Below, piece by piece: positions 50,520-63,689 of a DNA stretch of 64,000 bases (positions are counted from its first letter, which is position 1; each line of letters begins with the position of its first letter). Source of the DNA: the human T2T-CHM13v2.0 reference genome, Homo sapiens; the NCBI RefSeq assembly GCF_009914755.1, contig NC_060942.1; one strand, given 5' to 3'. Position numbers and translations under genes: made by a program. A model generated the notes under the pieces. That model was given only the letters and a program-made list of their open reading frames with translations. It had not been told where the DNA came from and did no database searches.

Positions 50520-50745
50520 GATCTATAGTACTAAAAGGAGACATGGGATTTGGAATCAGAGCTAGATTTAACTTCTAACTCTGATTACAACTATGTGGTT
50601 GACGGCAAATTACTTAATCTCTTGGAGTTTCAATGCGGTGTCCCATAAAATGGAAGCAGTAGCTCCCTAATGGGCAAGTCCTGGTGACTGAGATAACGTA
50701 CATAAGGTATTCAGATGTAGCAACTGCTCAATAAATATTAGTTGT
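50520..50745 (+). mobile_element. MIR
   Basis: tttggaatcagagc...ggcaaattacttaatctcttggag...ataaaatgg...gataacgtacataag...gctcaataaatattagt. Confidence 0.8.
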
Positions 50746-50779
50746 CTTCTCTAGTCATGGTTGTTGTAGGTTAAGTTGT

Positions 50780-51425
50780 TATAACATAAGGCTGATTGAT
50801 TCCGTGATTTACTTGGTGTGATTCCTGGGTCAGGCACACCAGTCCTAATTATAACACTGTTCGTACCTAAAAGTGTTACTTGGTTCTCAGTGATCTGTGC
50901 TTGATAATCTTTGTGGTGAGGTTTCCAATGACATGACTCCATGAAAAGCAAGGACTGTCTTTTATATAAATGTGTGTGAATACACATATATAAAAGATAC
51001 ATTTATACCATTTTCAAATATTTCAAGTAATGCAATCTAGTGTCTAATAAATTGTTAGAGAACAGGGCTCCTACCAGATGTGTTTGAATGACTGGATATC
51101 AATCATTTGTAATTAGCACACTGTATGTAAATTTATGCAACTTAAGTGCTTGAAAACAATTCATTCTTGTAAGTAGATTAAATTGTCCCTTTTACAATCC
51201 TGTTTACATTGGTAATTTATATAACAGACCCTCATTTCATTGATGGTAAACTTTACCCTGCCCGAGTTCAAATTCTTTCAGTTTGGCTAAGTGCCATCTG
51301 AATTCATGAGGTTATAGTGTACGAAGGAAAAAAAATGGTGGAGTACTAAATTCCATCAATCAAGTGTTGGCTGTCAGTGACAGGAAATTGGCACAGGCAC
51401 AGGGACCCCTGACCAGATGGTAGAC
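50780..51425. promoter_or_regulatory. Candidate developmental enhancer (PBX/MEIS/HOX/FOX motif cluster)
   Basis: TGATTGAT or ATCAATCA at 50793, 51098, 51355; CTGTCAgTGACAG 51371-51383; TGTTTAC 51201; TAATTTAT 51213; no recognisable repeat. Function is inferred. Confidence 0.4.
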
Positions 51426-52037
51426 ATCTGTGCTTTTCTCATCAGCAGGGCCAGGTCAGTTGTGCACCCTCTGCAGATAGGTCTCAAAGAGTCAGAGCCC
51501 CATGGGTGGACGGCTCCTCAGGGCTGTTAAAACATTTTGGTTATGAACAGCAAAGAGGAAACTGACACCTTGGGATGCCTTGAACTTTTTTGTTTTAAAA
51601 ATTATGTCACAGAACTTAGGGCAGAAGTCAAGTTTGACCTCCTTGAGAGTTGTTAAGACTGGGTTAGTGTCTGCATCTCCAGAATGCAGAGAACAACACA
51701 GAGAAGCAATCTTCCAGCAGGACATTCTCAAAAGTATCCTGGGAAGGAGTGTGGGGAACTCTGGCTCCAACCAGATGGGAGAACTTGGGCTATTATATGG
51801 CTTGGAGTCTCAGTTTTTCTGTGCAAGATGGAACATATGCTCTTTGGTTTTTCTGCCTTCCAGGGAGGATTGGAGGATCCCATAAGCTGAAGAATATATG
51901 AATGTACTGCTTGAGTCCAGAGAGAACAGGAGCAAGTAATGCACCACAATACGCTTCACCTACTTAAATCACAGCCATTCCATGACAAGATTAAGCATTG
52001 TGTTTTTGTGTTTTCCATGAAAACTACCCTCATTCTT

Positions 52038-52386
<349 letters not shown>

Positions 52387-52944
52387 TGAAGTGCTAGGAC
52401 CTCTAAGATCTAACCAGATCTTGTACTATTCTGGACTGTACCCTGAAGTGATAAGGAATTTGAGCACAGGAGCCATGTCTTTTCATCCTCTTTCACAGGA
52501 AGATGCTAAATAAAAATGTGTTAACTGATTCATAGCTCTGACATTTCCACTCATATTCACAGCCCACTAGACTGCGGTACTTTTCCCTCAAATCTCTGGC
52601 TGAAATCCTGTTAAAAGGACAAGCAGGATATTTCCATTCTCAGGGATTGTCAGTAAGCACCAGCCCTGCCAATGCCCACAGATGAGTCCCTGCCTCTTCT
52701 GTTCTGTGAAAGTGAGGGGGACCCTATAACCAGCCTCTCCCACTCAGAGAAAGTCATCATTGAGCTCCAAAAGCACTTGCAAATCTGGCTCTCTCTTTAA
52801 AGACTGTTGTTATTGAATTTTGATCACCAACAGTGGTAGCAAGGACAACATATGAGAGAGATAGAGAAAAAGAAGGGGAAAGAGAGAGAAAGAGACTGAT
52901 TCCTTATCCTTGTGGTGATTTAAAAAAAAAAAAGGCATAAAAAT

Positions 52945-53090
52945 TTAGAGACCTGAAATCAAATTATAGTTCTGCTCTTAACCAGCTCTGTAAGCTTGAG
53001 CAAGTCATTTCACGAACTTGAGCCTCAGTTTCCTTGCTTCTGAAATGATTATTTGAACTAGATAGTCTCTAATGACCCTTTCCATGTAAT
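52945..53090 (+). mobile_element. MIR3/MIRc
   Basis: agacctgaa...tctgctcttaaccagctctgtaagcttgagcaagtcatttcac...agcctcagtttcc...actagatagtctctaatgaccctttcc. Confidence 0.75.
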
Positions 53091-53339
53091 GATTCCAAGT
53101 GGAAAAGTCACAGGTAGTAAGTTATAAGAAGGTACGCAGGGAGTGGTGATGGGAAATGTGCTAACTCTTGCACTCTTTTCTGGAAAAAAGAAACAAAAAT
53201 CTGTGTAGTTATTTATATGTCAGCAGAATTAAGGCTCTGGTGCGGCAACCTTCAGAACTCTACTTGGGCAAATGTGGAGATTCCATAGATGAGCATGACA
53301 GGAGGCTTATTTATTTGCATGTTTACTTGTGAGTACATG

Positions 53340-54440
53340 TGCATTTATTCATCATTTACATATTTACTTCATTGTTCAACAGATATCTGTTGAGCATGAA
53401 GGACTGTTGCACTGGGGATATAGCTGCACACAAAATAGATAATCCTGGCTTTCATAGGACTTATATTCCAATATTCCAGTAGTGACAGATAATAAATAGA
53501 TAATACGTGAGCTAAGCTTAAGAAATCTGAAAATGGAGTAGGAAAAGGATATATAGTGAGGAATAGGAAAGGTGCTATTTTAGACATACTTTGTATGTTT
53601 GAGGGACAACTAAGAGCACAAAGTGTGTGGAGAGCACAATAAGGAAAGGGGGGAAATGAGATCAGGGCAGTGGCAGGGACAAGTATTATAGCATCTTACA
53701 GGAAGGTAGGTGTTTGGGCTTTTATTCTGAGTGAGATGGAAACCATTGCAGGGTTTTGAGTGGAAGAGTGCCACGATCTGACTAGGTTTTACAAGGCTCA
53801 CTCTGCTGTACTGTGGAGAACACTGTGAAGGCAAGGCTGGAAGCAGAGCGACCAGTTGGGAGACAATTTAAATAACTTGGGAGAGAATGGATGGCTTCAG
53901 ATTAAGGGCACAGCAATGGAAATGGGGAGACATGTTCTGGAATCTAAATACATTTCCAAGGTTGAGCTGACAAACAGTGCTGATGAATTATATGTGTGGC
54001 ATCAGAGAGAGACAGATGTTAAAGATGACTCATATTAAGGAGACTTAAAGTTTTTTCTTTGAGCAAGTAGCTGGTAGAATGAAGATGCCATTTGTGTTAT
54101 AGGAAATAGAGTGAGAGCATGAGGGCTTTGGTGTAAGGCTTCAAATCAAGAGTCCTGTTTCAAACATGTAAAGCTTGAGTTACCTTTCAGATCTCCAAGT
54201 AGGGGTGTGGAGAAGGACATTATAGCCATGCATCTGGGTATCAGAAAAAGGTCAAAGGTAGAGATATAAATTTGGCCATCACCAGCATATAGCTAGTATT
54301 TCAGCCCTGAGACTGAATAAATTCACCAGATAAAATAGATGAGGAAGATGACCAAAAACTAAGCCCTGGGACTCTCTGACACTTAAAGATCAGAAGGATG
54401 ATGAGAGTGATCAGCTCTATCAAATGATTCAGATTCTGGT
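53340..54440 (-). mobile_element. L2a, ~1.1 kb
   Basis: ttcattgttcaacagatatctgttgagc...ggcttttattctgagtgagatggaaaccattgcagggttttgag...aagccctgggactctctgacactt. Confidence 0.85.
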
Positions 54441-54653
54441 AAGTCTACTAGGATAAGGGATTTTATTTAGAATACCCATTGTGACGCAGGCAACTTTTCT
54501 TTTCCCTCATTTGCAATTGTTCTTCCAATCAATAGCCTTTCCTGCTCATTTGAATATGAGAAATGACCACTAAAATGAAATTAAGGCTCTGGTCCACTGC
54601 CATCCACCACTTGCATGAAGGCTCAGGACTGGCTTCTGTTTGGGATCAATTAG

Positions 54654-54738
54654 TGTGTGGATGGGTGTGTGTGTGTGGCGGGGGCAGGGGGATGGGTGGT
54701 GCCTGAGAGAAAGAAAGATAGATACAGAGAGATAGATA
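54654..54738 (+). repeat. (TG)n followed by degenerate (AGAT/AGAA)n microsatellites
   Basis: Read directly from sequence. Confidence 0.7.
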
Positions 54739-55670
54739 TGTTTCGTAGAGAAGCACAATAGAACTAGGCACTGTCCCGGGCCTTAAAGTGCCTTCCCTAG
54801 AAAGACAGAAAAATCCCAAGTTGTTGTAGATCAAAATATACTTAAATAACAGACTACAGAAAACCAAAATGGAGAGACTTAGCAATTAGACAAGTGCTAT
54901 GGAGCTGGGAAGGCACTATAATGCCTGAAAATTATTGTAACTCTGCATTGGAAAACTAAAGAATTAATTTATTTCCAGGAAGCCATGCCTCAAAGTCATT
55001 TCTCAAGTTATGTTAGTACATTCTAGCTTTTGCTTAAAAATGTCCAAGGGTGTTCCATTGTCTGGAGGATAATATTTCCCACAGAACACTGGTTGTCACT
55101 TGAGGTCTTTCAAACACTCATCCCACTCAGTCCTTCTAACCATTCTAATTTATAGTGAGCTCTGCCTTCAAACTCTGAGATCACTAATTACCTGTCTATC
55201 ATTCATTAGATGTTTTGTCTTTAAACAAATGTGCTGTATCTCTTCACACAGATTATAAGTGATGGGAGAAATGAAACCTTGTTTTACATTTTCTCCCTGT
55301 TCACTATTACAGAACTATTATTAAATGGGTATTTGATAATGCTACTTGAATGAATGCACAAAAACTTAAATATTTCTTTACCTGCCATTTCTAGTATCTA
55401 ACCAGATGAAATGTAACTAAGAACAAAATGAACAGACATATTCTGGGGTGGTGGATGCACCATTGCTAAGGTATTGAGCTGTCATATTTTCCATATTTAA
55501 GTAGAATATAAAATGAAAGAGTTTAAACCCAGGGTTGGTGTGTGTCATTTGTGTTCTGAGAATTTCATGAAACCTATCTCAAAGCTGCCCTGTCTTTTAC
55601 AAGTTAAATCATGGCTGACTTGTTATTGTCATTCACAAAAAAAACAATGACTTAACCCATGGGCCTTAAA

Positions 55671-55945
55671 TAGAGTAACCTTATGATTTATAATCTAGGC
55701 TGGGACAATTTTGAGAGTGAAAGAATATGCTAACAAAAATTATCTCAGACATTGGCTGGGCATGGTGGCACGCATCTGTGTTCCCAGCTACTCAGGAGGC
55801 TGAGTAGGGAGGCCAAGGCTGCAGTTAGCCGAGATTGTGCCACTGCATTCCAGCCTGGGTGACAGAGTGAGACCCTGTCTCAAAAAAAAAATAAAATTAA
55901 ATTAAACCAGATAAATAGACATAAACCAGGGCTATCCTGAATTTT
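55671..55945 (+). mobile_element. MER94 hAT-Blackjack element interrupted by an Alu monomer
   Basis: tagagtaaccttatgatttataatctaggctgggacaattttgagagtgaaag...aaattat...[Alu]...agacataaaccagggctatcc. Confidence 0.7.
55754..55898 (+). mobile_element. FRAM-like Alu monomer with internal deletion
   Basis: ggctgggcatggtggcacgc...gaggctgagtagggaggccaaggctgcag...gagaccctgtctcaaaa; single right-arm-type monomer. Confidence 0.85.
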
Positions 55946-57636
55946 TGGGTAGTAAACTCCTTGCAAAAGGTTGAAAGCTATAATTAATTTTTCCAGAAAT
56001 AATTTAACTTATGTTTTAGGATATTAGGCACCCCCATAGCCTATTCAAAATCACTGCTTAAAAATCCTTGACCCATATTACTTCATGTCCATTTAAGTGT
56101 GTTGCTCACACAGTAAACTCACACATCCACATTAAAGAATTAATATGATCTTCAAAGGCCCCCAAATAAAACCAGATGAACAATACATAGGTACTGTTTG
56201 CTGTGCTTGATATATGCTACCAACTAAGATGTCTGTGAAGTTTATTTCTATGGAAAATAAAAACCTATTTTCTGCAGCATTTTGAAGAGGGAGACATGTT
56301 CCCATTTAGGGGAAAATTGTTAGATATTGTTCTATTTATAAGAGCATAGTAATTACTTTTGAAATAGATTCATACTTTTTCAGTACTTTCAAATATAACC
56401 CTAAGTCCTTTGTCTTTGAACTCCTTTTGGCCTCCTTGATACCAAGTTATAAAGTCAATGGACCTATGAGTTGTAATCTCTGAGGGAGCTTGGTGACTGT
56501 ACCACACCCTGCCAATCACTGTAATATGCTGGGCTTCTCTGGGAACAGTTCTTATGCCTTATATTTTTTGTATGATGTCAAATTTCCAACCACGATATTG
56601 TAATAACCTCATCACAACACATCAAGTAAGACTTACAGTGTGTGCCCCACTCTATTCATTTTGTCCCTTCAGTTTTCTAAATATAATGAGCAATTAGTGA
56701 AAATAAATGTTTGGTGAGGAGGCACAGTCATAGGATGCTGCCAGTTGCTTGTCCTAAAAGATATTTCTGTATGCACATGCATAGACAAATATATGTTAAT
56801 ATTTAGGATGGACTTTTATGTCTCAATGACTATTTTTAAAAAAACATTAAAAAATCTAAAGTAACTATAATCTCATTGTAGAACATTTGAAGTACTGGTA
56901 GAAAATGTTTGAATCACCTGTAAGTCCTTCATCCAGCGGTAACCACTAACAGCATATACCTTTATTTTTCTATTTATTTTTTCGTGTATAACATATAAAT
57001 AAAAAGCTTGGGGAATTTTTATAAGATGGATATTTGTGTGTGTATATGTATGTACATTTATCTGCATTTTTAAACTCAGATAAAAGCATAAGCACTTTCC
57101 AAAAATCTAGAAATTAGACTTAAAAAAGAACTTAAAGATCTTTCTTCTTGTTTAGCACTATTATATTACAGATGAAGAAATTAAGACGTGAAATTCACAT
57201 CCACTTTTTGATTTTTCAATTAACAAATACACAGAGCCAATATTTTAGTAAATGAATATATGTATTGATGTGTAATATCAAATTTAGATGTTGTGGAATA
57301 ATTCAATAAACATATAGACTACTATAAGTACAACTATACTTTTTTGAGTAATACTTGAGAGATAAATAATGTTTTGGTATATTAGCTTCTTTAATCTCCA
57401 GAATATAGTAAATACTATTATTACTATAATTTTAATTTTAGATATTAGGTAATCGAGGTTCAGTTCAATGAAACAACATGCCAAAATCAAATAAGAACTA
57501 GATAGCTGAGCTGAAACTCGAAGTTCAATGCTTTGATTTCAAAACCTTGTTTTTGTATAGTATTTGGAATCAGGTGGTAAAGTTTACAAAGTATGTTCTG
57601 CCATTAAGCATTCTTCCAGTTTTGCTGAAGGGACAA

Positions 57637-57995
57637 TGGTATGGTTTTGCTGTGTCCCCACCCAAATCTCATCTCGAAATGTAATCCCCATAATCCCCAC
57701 ATGTCCAAGGAGGGACCAGGTGGAAAGTGATTGCATCATGGGGGCAGTATCTCCCATGCTATTCTTGTGATAGTGAATGAGTTCTCACAAGATCCGATGG
57801 TTTTATAAAGCAGTTTTCCGGGCTCTTACTCTTGCCTGCTGCAATGGAAAATGTGCCTCTTCCCCTCCGCCATGATTGTAAGTTTCCTGAGGCCTTCCAA
57901 GCCACGTGGAACTGTGAGTCAATTAAATCTCTTTCATTTATAAATTACCCAGTCTCAGGTAGTATCTTTATAGCATGTGAGAATGAACTAATGCA
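57637..57995 (+). mobile_element. THE1D MaLR solo LTR
   Basis: tggtatggttttgctgtgtccccacccaaatctcatctcg...ctttatagcatgtgagaatgaactaatgca; perfect 5-bp TSD gacaa/gacaa. Confidence 0.93.
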
Positions 57996-58039
57996 GACAA
58001 GATGTATTTGTCAGACTACGTGAACACACAGGCAAACAA

Positions 58040-58240
58040 AAATAGCTACAATTTATTGAAGATTCACTAGGGACCCAGTACTATGCTAAAGAATTTTGTT
58101 TCATTATCTAATTTAATCCTCACTTCTAAGGTAGGAACTCTTATTCGTAAGGTGAAATTATCCACTTTACATGCAAAGAAATTGAGAGATCATGCAATAA
58201 ACCAGTAAAAGAAGTAGGGTTTGGTCCCAAGTAGCTGTAT
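58040..58240 (-). mobile_element. MIR
   Basis: atagctacaatttattgaag...cattatctaatttaatcctcac...tatccactttacatgcaaagaaattgag. Confidence 0.7.
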
Positions 58241-58399
58241 CACAGAATCATAAAGCTGAATAATAATCCAAATACAATGAAGTTTCTTTGCCGAAAAACT
58301 GAAGTTCTTTTTTTGCCATTAAATCTGACATCTTTCCTGATGCTGGGAGTAAGTAGAAAGAAGCTTCATAGAAATTGTAGAGTGTTGGACTATTGAGAG

Positions 58400-58720
58400 T
58401 CAGGAAGGAACTTAAACTCAATTTTGACATTGAATAAAAACACATGGATAAGTTGAGTATAAGAATAGAACTGTTGTCATTGCAGATGCAGACAAGAACA
58501 AGAGACAGATAGAAGGATATGGTATTTATGGAAACAGTAAGGCAACTCTATAGACAGAATTCTGAGACCACAGCAAGAGCAAATGTTTGGAGCCAGATTG
58601 CGAAGGGCCAGGAGTGCCTGGATAAAGAGTTTGGGCTTTGCCTTTAAACAGTTCAGGGCCATCAGATATTTCTGAATATGAAAGTCTGACAATGGTGTGC
58701 CATAAAGCTGGAAAGGGGAG
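58400..58720 (-). mobile_element. L2 fragment
   Basis: ggagccagattgcgaagggccaggagtgcctggataaagagtttgggcttt. Confidence 0.6.
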
Positions 58721-59096
58721 GATGTCTAGGTCAGTATAATTGGCCCTGAGCAGGAGCAGCTGTCAGGAGCTTCAGTTTAAAAGCTCATCTTTGGTTTTGC
58801 CTACAGAGTTAAGGAAAAGAATCATTGCTGTCCATGGTTCTATTGTGGCTATGCCCTGGGGCAAGGTTGAAAAAAAATAAATGTCAGTCTGATTTATTCT
58901 GTTGAAAAGCAAGAAAGAGAGCATAAACTCTGCTCTGTGTTAGCAGTGTGAATTTCAGGAATCACTTTCAATGGTTCTCAAGCCTGGCTGTGTGTTAAGT
59001 TACCTAGGGCAGTTTTCAAAAGCATGTATGCTCCTGACCTATGCCCAGATACTGTGATTTAGTTTCCCTGGGGAGGAGCCTAAGCACTGGGATTTT

Positions 59097-59099
59097 ATT

Positions 59100-59144
<45 letters not shown>

Positions 59145-60233
59145 TTACATACACACACACACACTTTATGTTCTGGGATACATGTACAGAATGTGTAGGT
59201 TTGTTACATAGGTATAAATGTCCCATGGTGGTTTCCTGCACCCATCAACCAGTCATCTACATTAGGTATCTCTCCTAATGCTATCCCTTCCCTAGCCCCC
59301 CACCCAATGACAGACCCCTGTGTGTGATGTTCACCTCCCTGTGTCCATGTGTTCTCATTGTTCAACTCCCATTTATGAGTAAGAACATGCGGTATTTGGT
59401 TTTCTGTTCCTGTGTTAGTTTGCTGAAATGGTTTCCAGCTTCATCCGTGTCCCTGCAAAGGATTTGAACTCATCCTTTTTTATGGCTGCATAGTATTCCA
59501 TGGTTTATATGTGGCACATTTTCTTTATGCAGTCTATCATTGATGGGCATTTGGGTTGATTCCAAATATTTGCTATTGTGAATAATGCTGCAATACACAT
59601 ACATGTGCATGTGTCTTTATAGTAGAATGATTTATAATCCTTTAGGTATAAGCCCAGTAATAGGATTACTGGGTCAAATGGTATTTCTGGTTCTAGATCC
59701 TTGAGGAATTGCCACACTGTCTTCCACAATGGTTGAACTAATTTACACTCCCACCAACAGTGTAAAAGTGTTGCTATTTCTCCATATCCCCTCCAGTATC
59801 TGTTTCCTGACTTTTTAATGATCGTCATTCTAACTTGTGTGAGATGGTATCTCATTGTGGTTTTGATTTGCGTTTCTCTAATGACCAGTGATGATGAGCT
59901 TTTTTTCATATGTTTGTTGCCATATAAATGTCTTCTTTTGAGAGTCTGTTCATATCCTTCTGAATGGGCAAAAACTGGAAGAATTCCCTTTGAAAACAGG
60001 CACAAGAAAAACATGCCCTCTCTCACCACTCCCATTCAACATAGTATTGGAAGTTCTGGCCAGGGTAATCAGGCAAGAGAAAGAAATAAAAGGCATTCAA
60101 ATAGGAAGAGAGGAAGTCAAATTGTCTCTGTTTGCAGATGACATGATTATATATTTAGAAAACCCCATTGTCTCAGGCCAAAATCTCCTTAAGCTGATAA
60201 GCAACATCTCAGGATACAGAATCAATGTGCAAA
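59097..60233 (-). mobile_element. L1PA7-like element with 5' inversion: antisense 3' part 59097-59959, sense RT-domain part 59960-60233
   Basis: ORF-track hits to ORF2p C-terminus on minus and RT (LFADDM, 60131-60142) on plus; TSD aagcactgggatttt / aagcattgagaatttt; TTTT/AA at 60246-60251. Confidence 0.92.
59101..59165 (+). repeat. (AT)10(AC)12 compound microsatellite at the L1 poly(A) tail position
   Basis: Read directly from sequence. Confidence 0.95.
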
Positions 60234-60559
60234 AAGCATTGAGAATTTTAAAAGCTCACAGCTTCTTCTAGGTTGAGAACAATTGCTGCAATGGAGGATA
60301 CTAAAACCAGTACTGGAACACCATATGTATGACTTTTATTATAGCCTTAAAACAAAATCTCCTTTCCAAACCCATCAGTTAAACCTGAGCTCCCAGCCTC
60401 TTCCAGCCAAGTATTTTAGAAAATATATTTGGATTCTCTTTTTTTAAAAAAAATATTTATGTATAATTTTGTTGCAGAATCCAAGAGAAGAAATAGAAAA
60501 CTTAATTGTCCTGCCTGCATTTATTTTTCTCATCTTGTTTGAATTTTCCATCCAGATCT

Positions 60560-60920
60560 ACCTTTCTGACTCATTTTCTTATTTTTCCTCCACTAGCTTT
60601 CCCTACTTCACCACCACTTATCATGTTATTTTGTTCTCAGCAATCAGTGTACAATTTAAGGAAGAGATTCCCTTCCCCCAAGAAACCTTTGTCTGAATCA
60701 TTCTTCAAGGCTCAGCCAAGGCAAGTCTTATCTCCTTCATGTGTTTATCCCTGGTGGACTCTGTCCTGAAATCCTATTTTTCCTCACTTCTTGGTACTTA
60801 TGACATTAACAATATCTTGAAGCATCAAGCTTTTTGTATGTAAGTGTTTCATCTTTTCCTCCTTAAACTGCAATGCCTTCAATATCATCAAATACTGCTT
60901 GTGGCAGGTGTTCATTGAAT
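60560..60920 (+). mobile_element. L2 fragment
   Basis: tcattcttcaaggctcagccaagg...ttaaactgcaatgccttc...ggcaggtgttcattgaat. Confidence 0.5.
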
Positions 60921-61199
60921 CTCCTCTAATGGTCTTCTGTGATGAACTTCTCCCCACACTCATGACTCTTTAATGCTGCTTGTGGGTCCTGATGCTTAGG
61001 TTGTATCATGCTTTCTCACTACTGTTAATTTTTTCACTGCTCATTCTAATTAGAGTAAATGACTCATGGTTTGTAGCATTTTCTGAGGCATTCTCCACAG
61101 ATCTCTGGACCTCTTCTTACAAGGAGACCTGAAAAATTGTATATTTTTATAGCTCTTAGATAGTTTTGATTATTAGCCAAGTTTGCAAAGAACTTCTTA

Positions 61200-61420
61200 G
61201 AGCAATATTTTAAATTTCTTCTGCTACGGTGCATAGGAATATATTTTTATATTCCGATCCAGTGCCTCACATACCCATAATTGAAACAAAGAAATATCTA
61301 CCTTTATTACATGTGAGATATTCTGATGTTTTCTATTCTATTTTGCTTCATGTTTTTTTTTTAAATAGTGATCTTGCAATTCTCTGTTGGGTTGCAACCC
61401 TTAGTCTGAAAAAAATATTC
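61200..61420 (+). mobile_element. hAT-Charlie DNA transposon relic (family uncertain)
   Basis: ttacatgtgagatattctgatgttttctattctattttg...gggttgcaacccttagtctgaaaaa resembles Charlie-type 3' ends. Confidence 0.5.
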
Positions 61421-62593
61421 TTCTAGAATGTAGTAAGAGTTACACTTTTTTTTTTTTAATGCTAGTGGTATTGATTTGTATCTTTGTGTTATGCCATCCC
61501 GAGAAATGGTTTTACTTGAAAATTTTTTTTATTTCATTTATTTCTTTCTTAAACTAAGTCATGAGTATGAGCCACTTCCTCAGGCTTACTCTATTTCAGC
61601 TCTATGTTTCTTTAAATGTCTAGAAAGTCTTAGTGCTTCTAGGAGATATCTCTGAAGAATCTTGCCCATGTTCCAACCCATAAAGACAAGAGAGTAGTTG
61701 CTTTTAACACCATAAGGATCTTATAAATATCTCGATTTGTGTTTACTGTGCATTTTCTTTGGCTGACTTCAGCCTTCTAGAGAATACAGTTTTTGCCTGT
61801 CCCTATCTGTATTTCAAGAATTTGAAATACTGCTGTATGCCATTTCGTTGATTTCGTTGTTTAATACATAGTTGTTGAGTGGTTGTCTTGTGCCTTCTAG
61901 CTTGGTCTATATGTAATAAAACTTGACATCAATTTATTCAAGCAGAGACCTCTTAATATACCATGCTGTCACTTCTAGCTTTCCAGTTGAAAGACAAGAT
62001 GGCTGACACTCATACCAAGGTGGATTGTGTCACTGGTTCTCCTGTATAAGAAAGTAAGAACAGGAGCTGAGCCAAAACGATAAAAAATGCATGGCCCCAT
62101 TCATTTTTTTAATTGCTTTTTGCAATGAGATCCTAAAAATCTTTGGCTAATCAAATCACTTGGACAGAGGTAGAGATAAAAAAAAAAAAAAGGCACCCTC
62201 AATTTTTCTATCCTATGTTAATTGGACCAATGATGGGGCTAAGGAGACCCCTCAGAGCTTGAAGGTGTTTCTGTCACTTAGTGGAAAGCTGACGCAAAAC
62301 ACTTAACATAGCTAGTTGGATTGCACATGGATATTATGGATGCTGCCTGGAGCAACTGTCTAGATTAAAAATTGGCTTATGAGTAACACACTATACTCTG
62401 GATGAAATTCGTAGGGTTGGATTTAGGCTTGCTTTTTAAAATGTTTCATTTTAGATATCCAGGTTATTTTAAGCTATATCACGACCATCTTACAGAAGGT
62501 GTGTAGAAAAATAATAATAGTTAAGAAACAGAATATCTTTATGTTGAAAGGCTGATTTTTTTATAGTAAGATGTAGTTAAATTTATAGGTCCA

Positions 62594-62599
<6 letters not shown>

Positions 62600-62628
<29 letters not shown>
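62600..62628 (+). repeat. (CA)14 microsatellite
   Basis: Read directly from sequence. Confidence 0.95.
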
Positions 62629-62632
<4 letters not shown>

Positions 62633-62842
62633 TACTGTTAGCAAGACTAGCTAACACCATCAAAGAGGTCCAAATTCTGTTGGGCATGTGGAGCTGTGCA
62701 AAGAAGAAAGAGAATGAACTCTTCTGAACTGACTATTGATAATTGAAACTGATAACTTCTTTGAATTGGATTAAATAATTGCATGAAGATCATAAGATAC
62801 AATTTTCTTTTGATTTTTATAAATTTGTTTTACAGATTTCTT

Positions 62843-62935
62843 TTCATTCATTCAGCAATAATTTATTGAGTACTCATGATTTGTCAGGCAAAATGCCAGG
62901 TTCCTGACATTAAGGAGCTCTCAATCTAGTGAGAA
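62843..62935 (-). mobile_element. L2 3' end
   Basis: ttcattcattcagcaataatttattgagtactcatgatttgtcaggca...aaggagctctcaatctagtg. Confidence 0.7.
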
Positions 62936-63689
62936 GCATGTAAACAAAAAGGCTTTTTGAATGATAAGCTTCAATGGAAAACATAATAGAAGCCATGTCG
63001 ACTGATATAATCTGAACCAGTATTTTGTGTATTGAGAAAGTTAAAAAGAATTGTAAAATTGCTAATGCTATAAATACTGTATGTTTAGCTTAAAATGATC
63101 ATTAATCAATTATAATGTAATATCAATGCCTTTTGCATATGGGTTCAATAGCTGGTGTTTTACATGGTCTTTTTATGTAAACCATGTCTACAATGCATTA
63201 TATTCAATTTCTAATTTTAGTGTTTTTGCTTTGAGGAAGAGTGAAAAGTTAAAAATATTTGCATCAAAACAGTCTGAATTCTGAATACCTCTAGAATGTT
63301 TTATTTTTACCTCCACTCTTGTATAATTTTTCACTCATACCTAATTTGACTTGCTTTTATCAAGTCTTTCCAGACCAATTAACATAATTTTCAGAAAAAC
63401 AACAACCCTTATTTTTCACACTCATATCATCAGTTTAATACATGATTTAATTACATAATCACAATGAAAAAGTTCAACTACCAAACCTGGGAACACACAG
63501 TCGGTTCTCAGGACCAAGGTATGCACTAGGCAGAGGGTACCAGCCTCCTACTTTCAGTGTGCCCTGTCAGCTATTTTACGGGGGAAGAAAGCCAGAAGTT
63601 ATTGTGAAAATTTTGTCATTTGAGACATCAAAAAGCTTGCTAGGTAAATGCTGTAACCTAGGGTCAAGCAAAATGGAGTAAGAGTGACT

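Larger units (their letters stand above)
58969..60285 (+). mobile_element. MER5A hAT-Charlie MITE split by an L1 (58969-59096 and 60234-60285)
   Basis: TIRs caatggttctcaa ... ttgagaacaattg; internal ttacctagggcagtttt...cccagatactgtgattta. Confidence 0.8.

Noticed and set aside
59990-60271. Reverse-transcriptase ORF with FADD motif as a possible independent RT gene
   Set aside because: It is the inverted internal piece of a dead L1PA7, 93 aa with an internal deletion and no promoter
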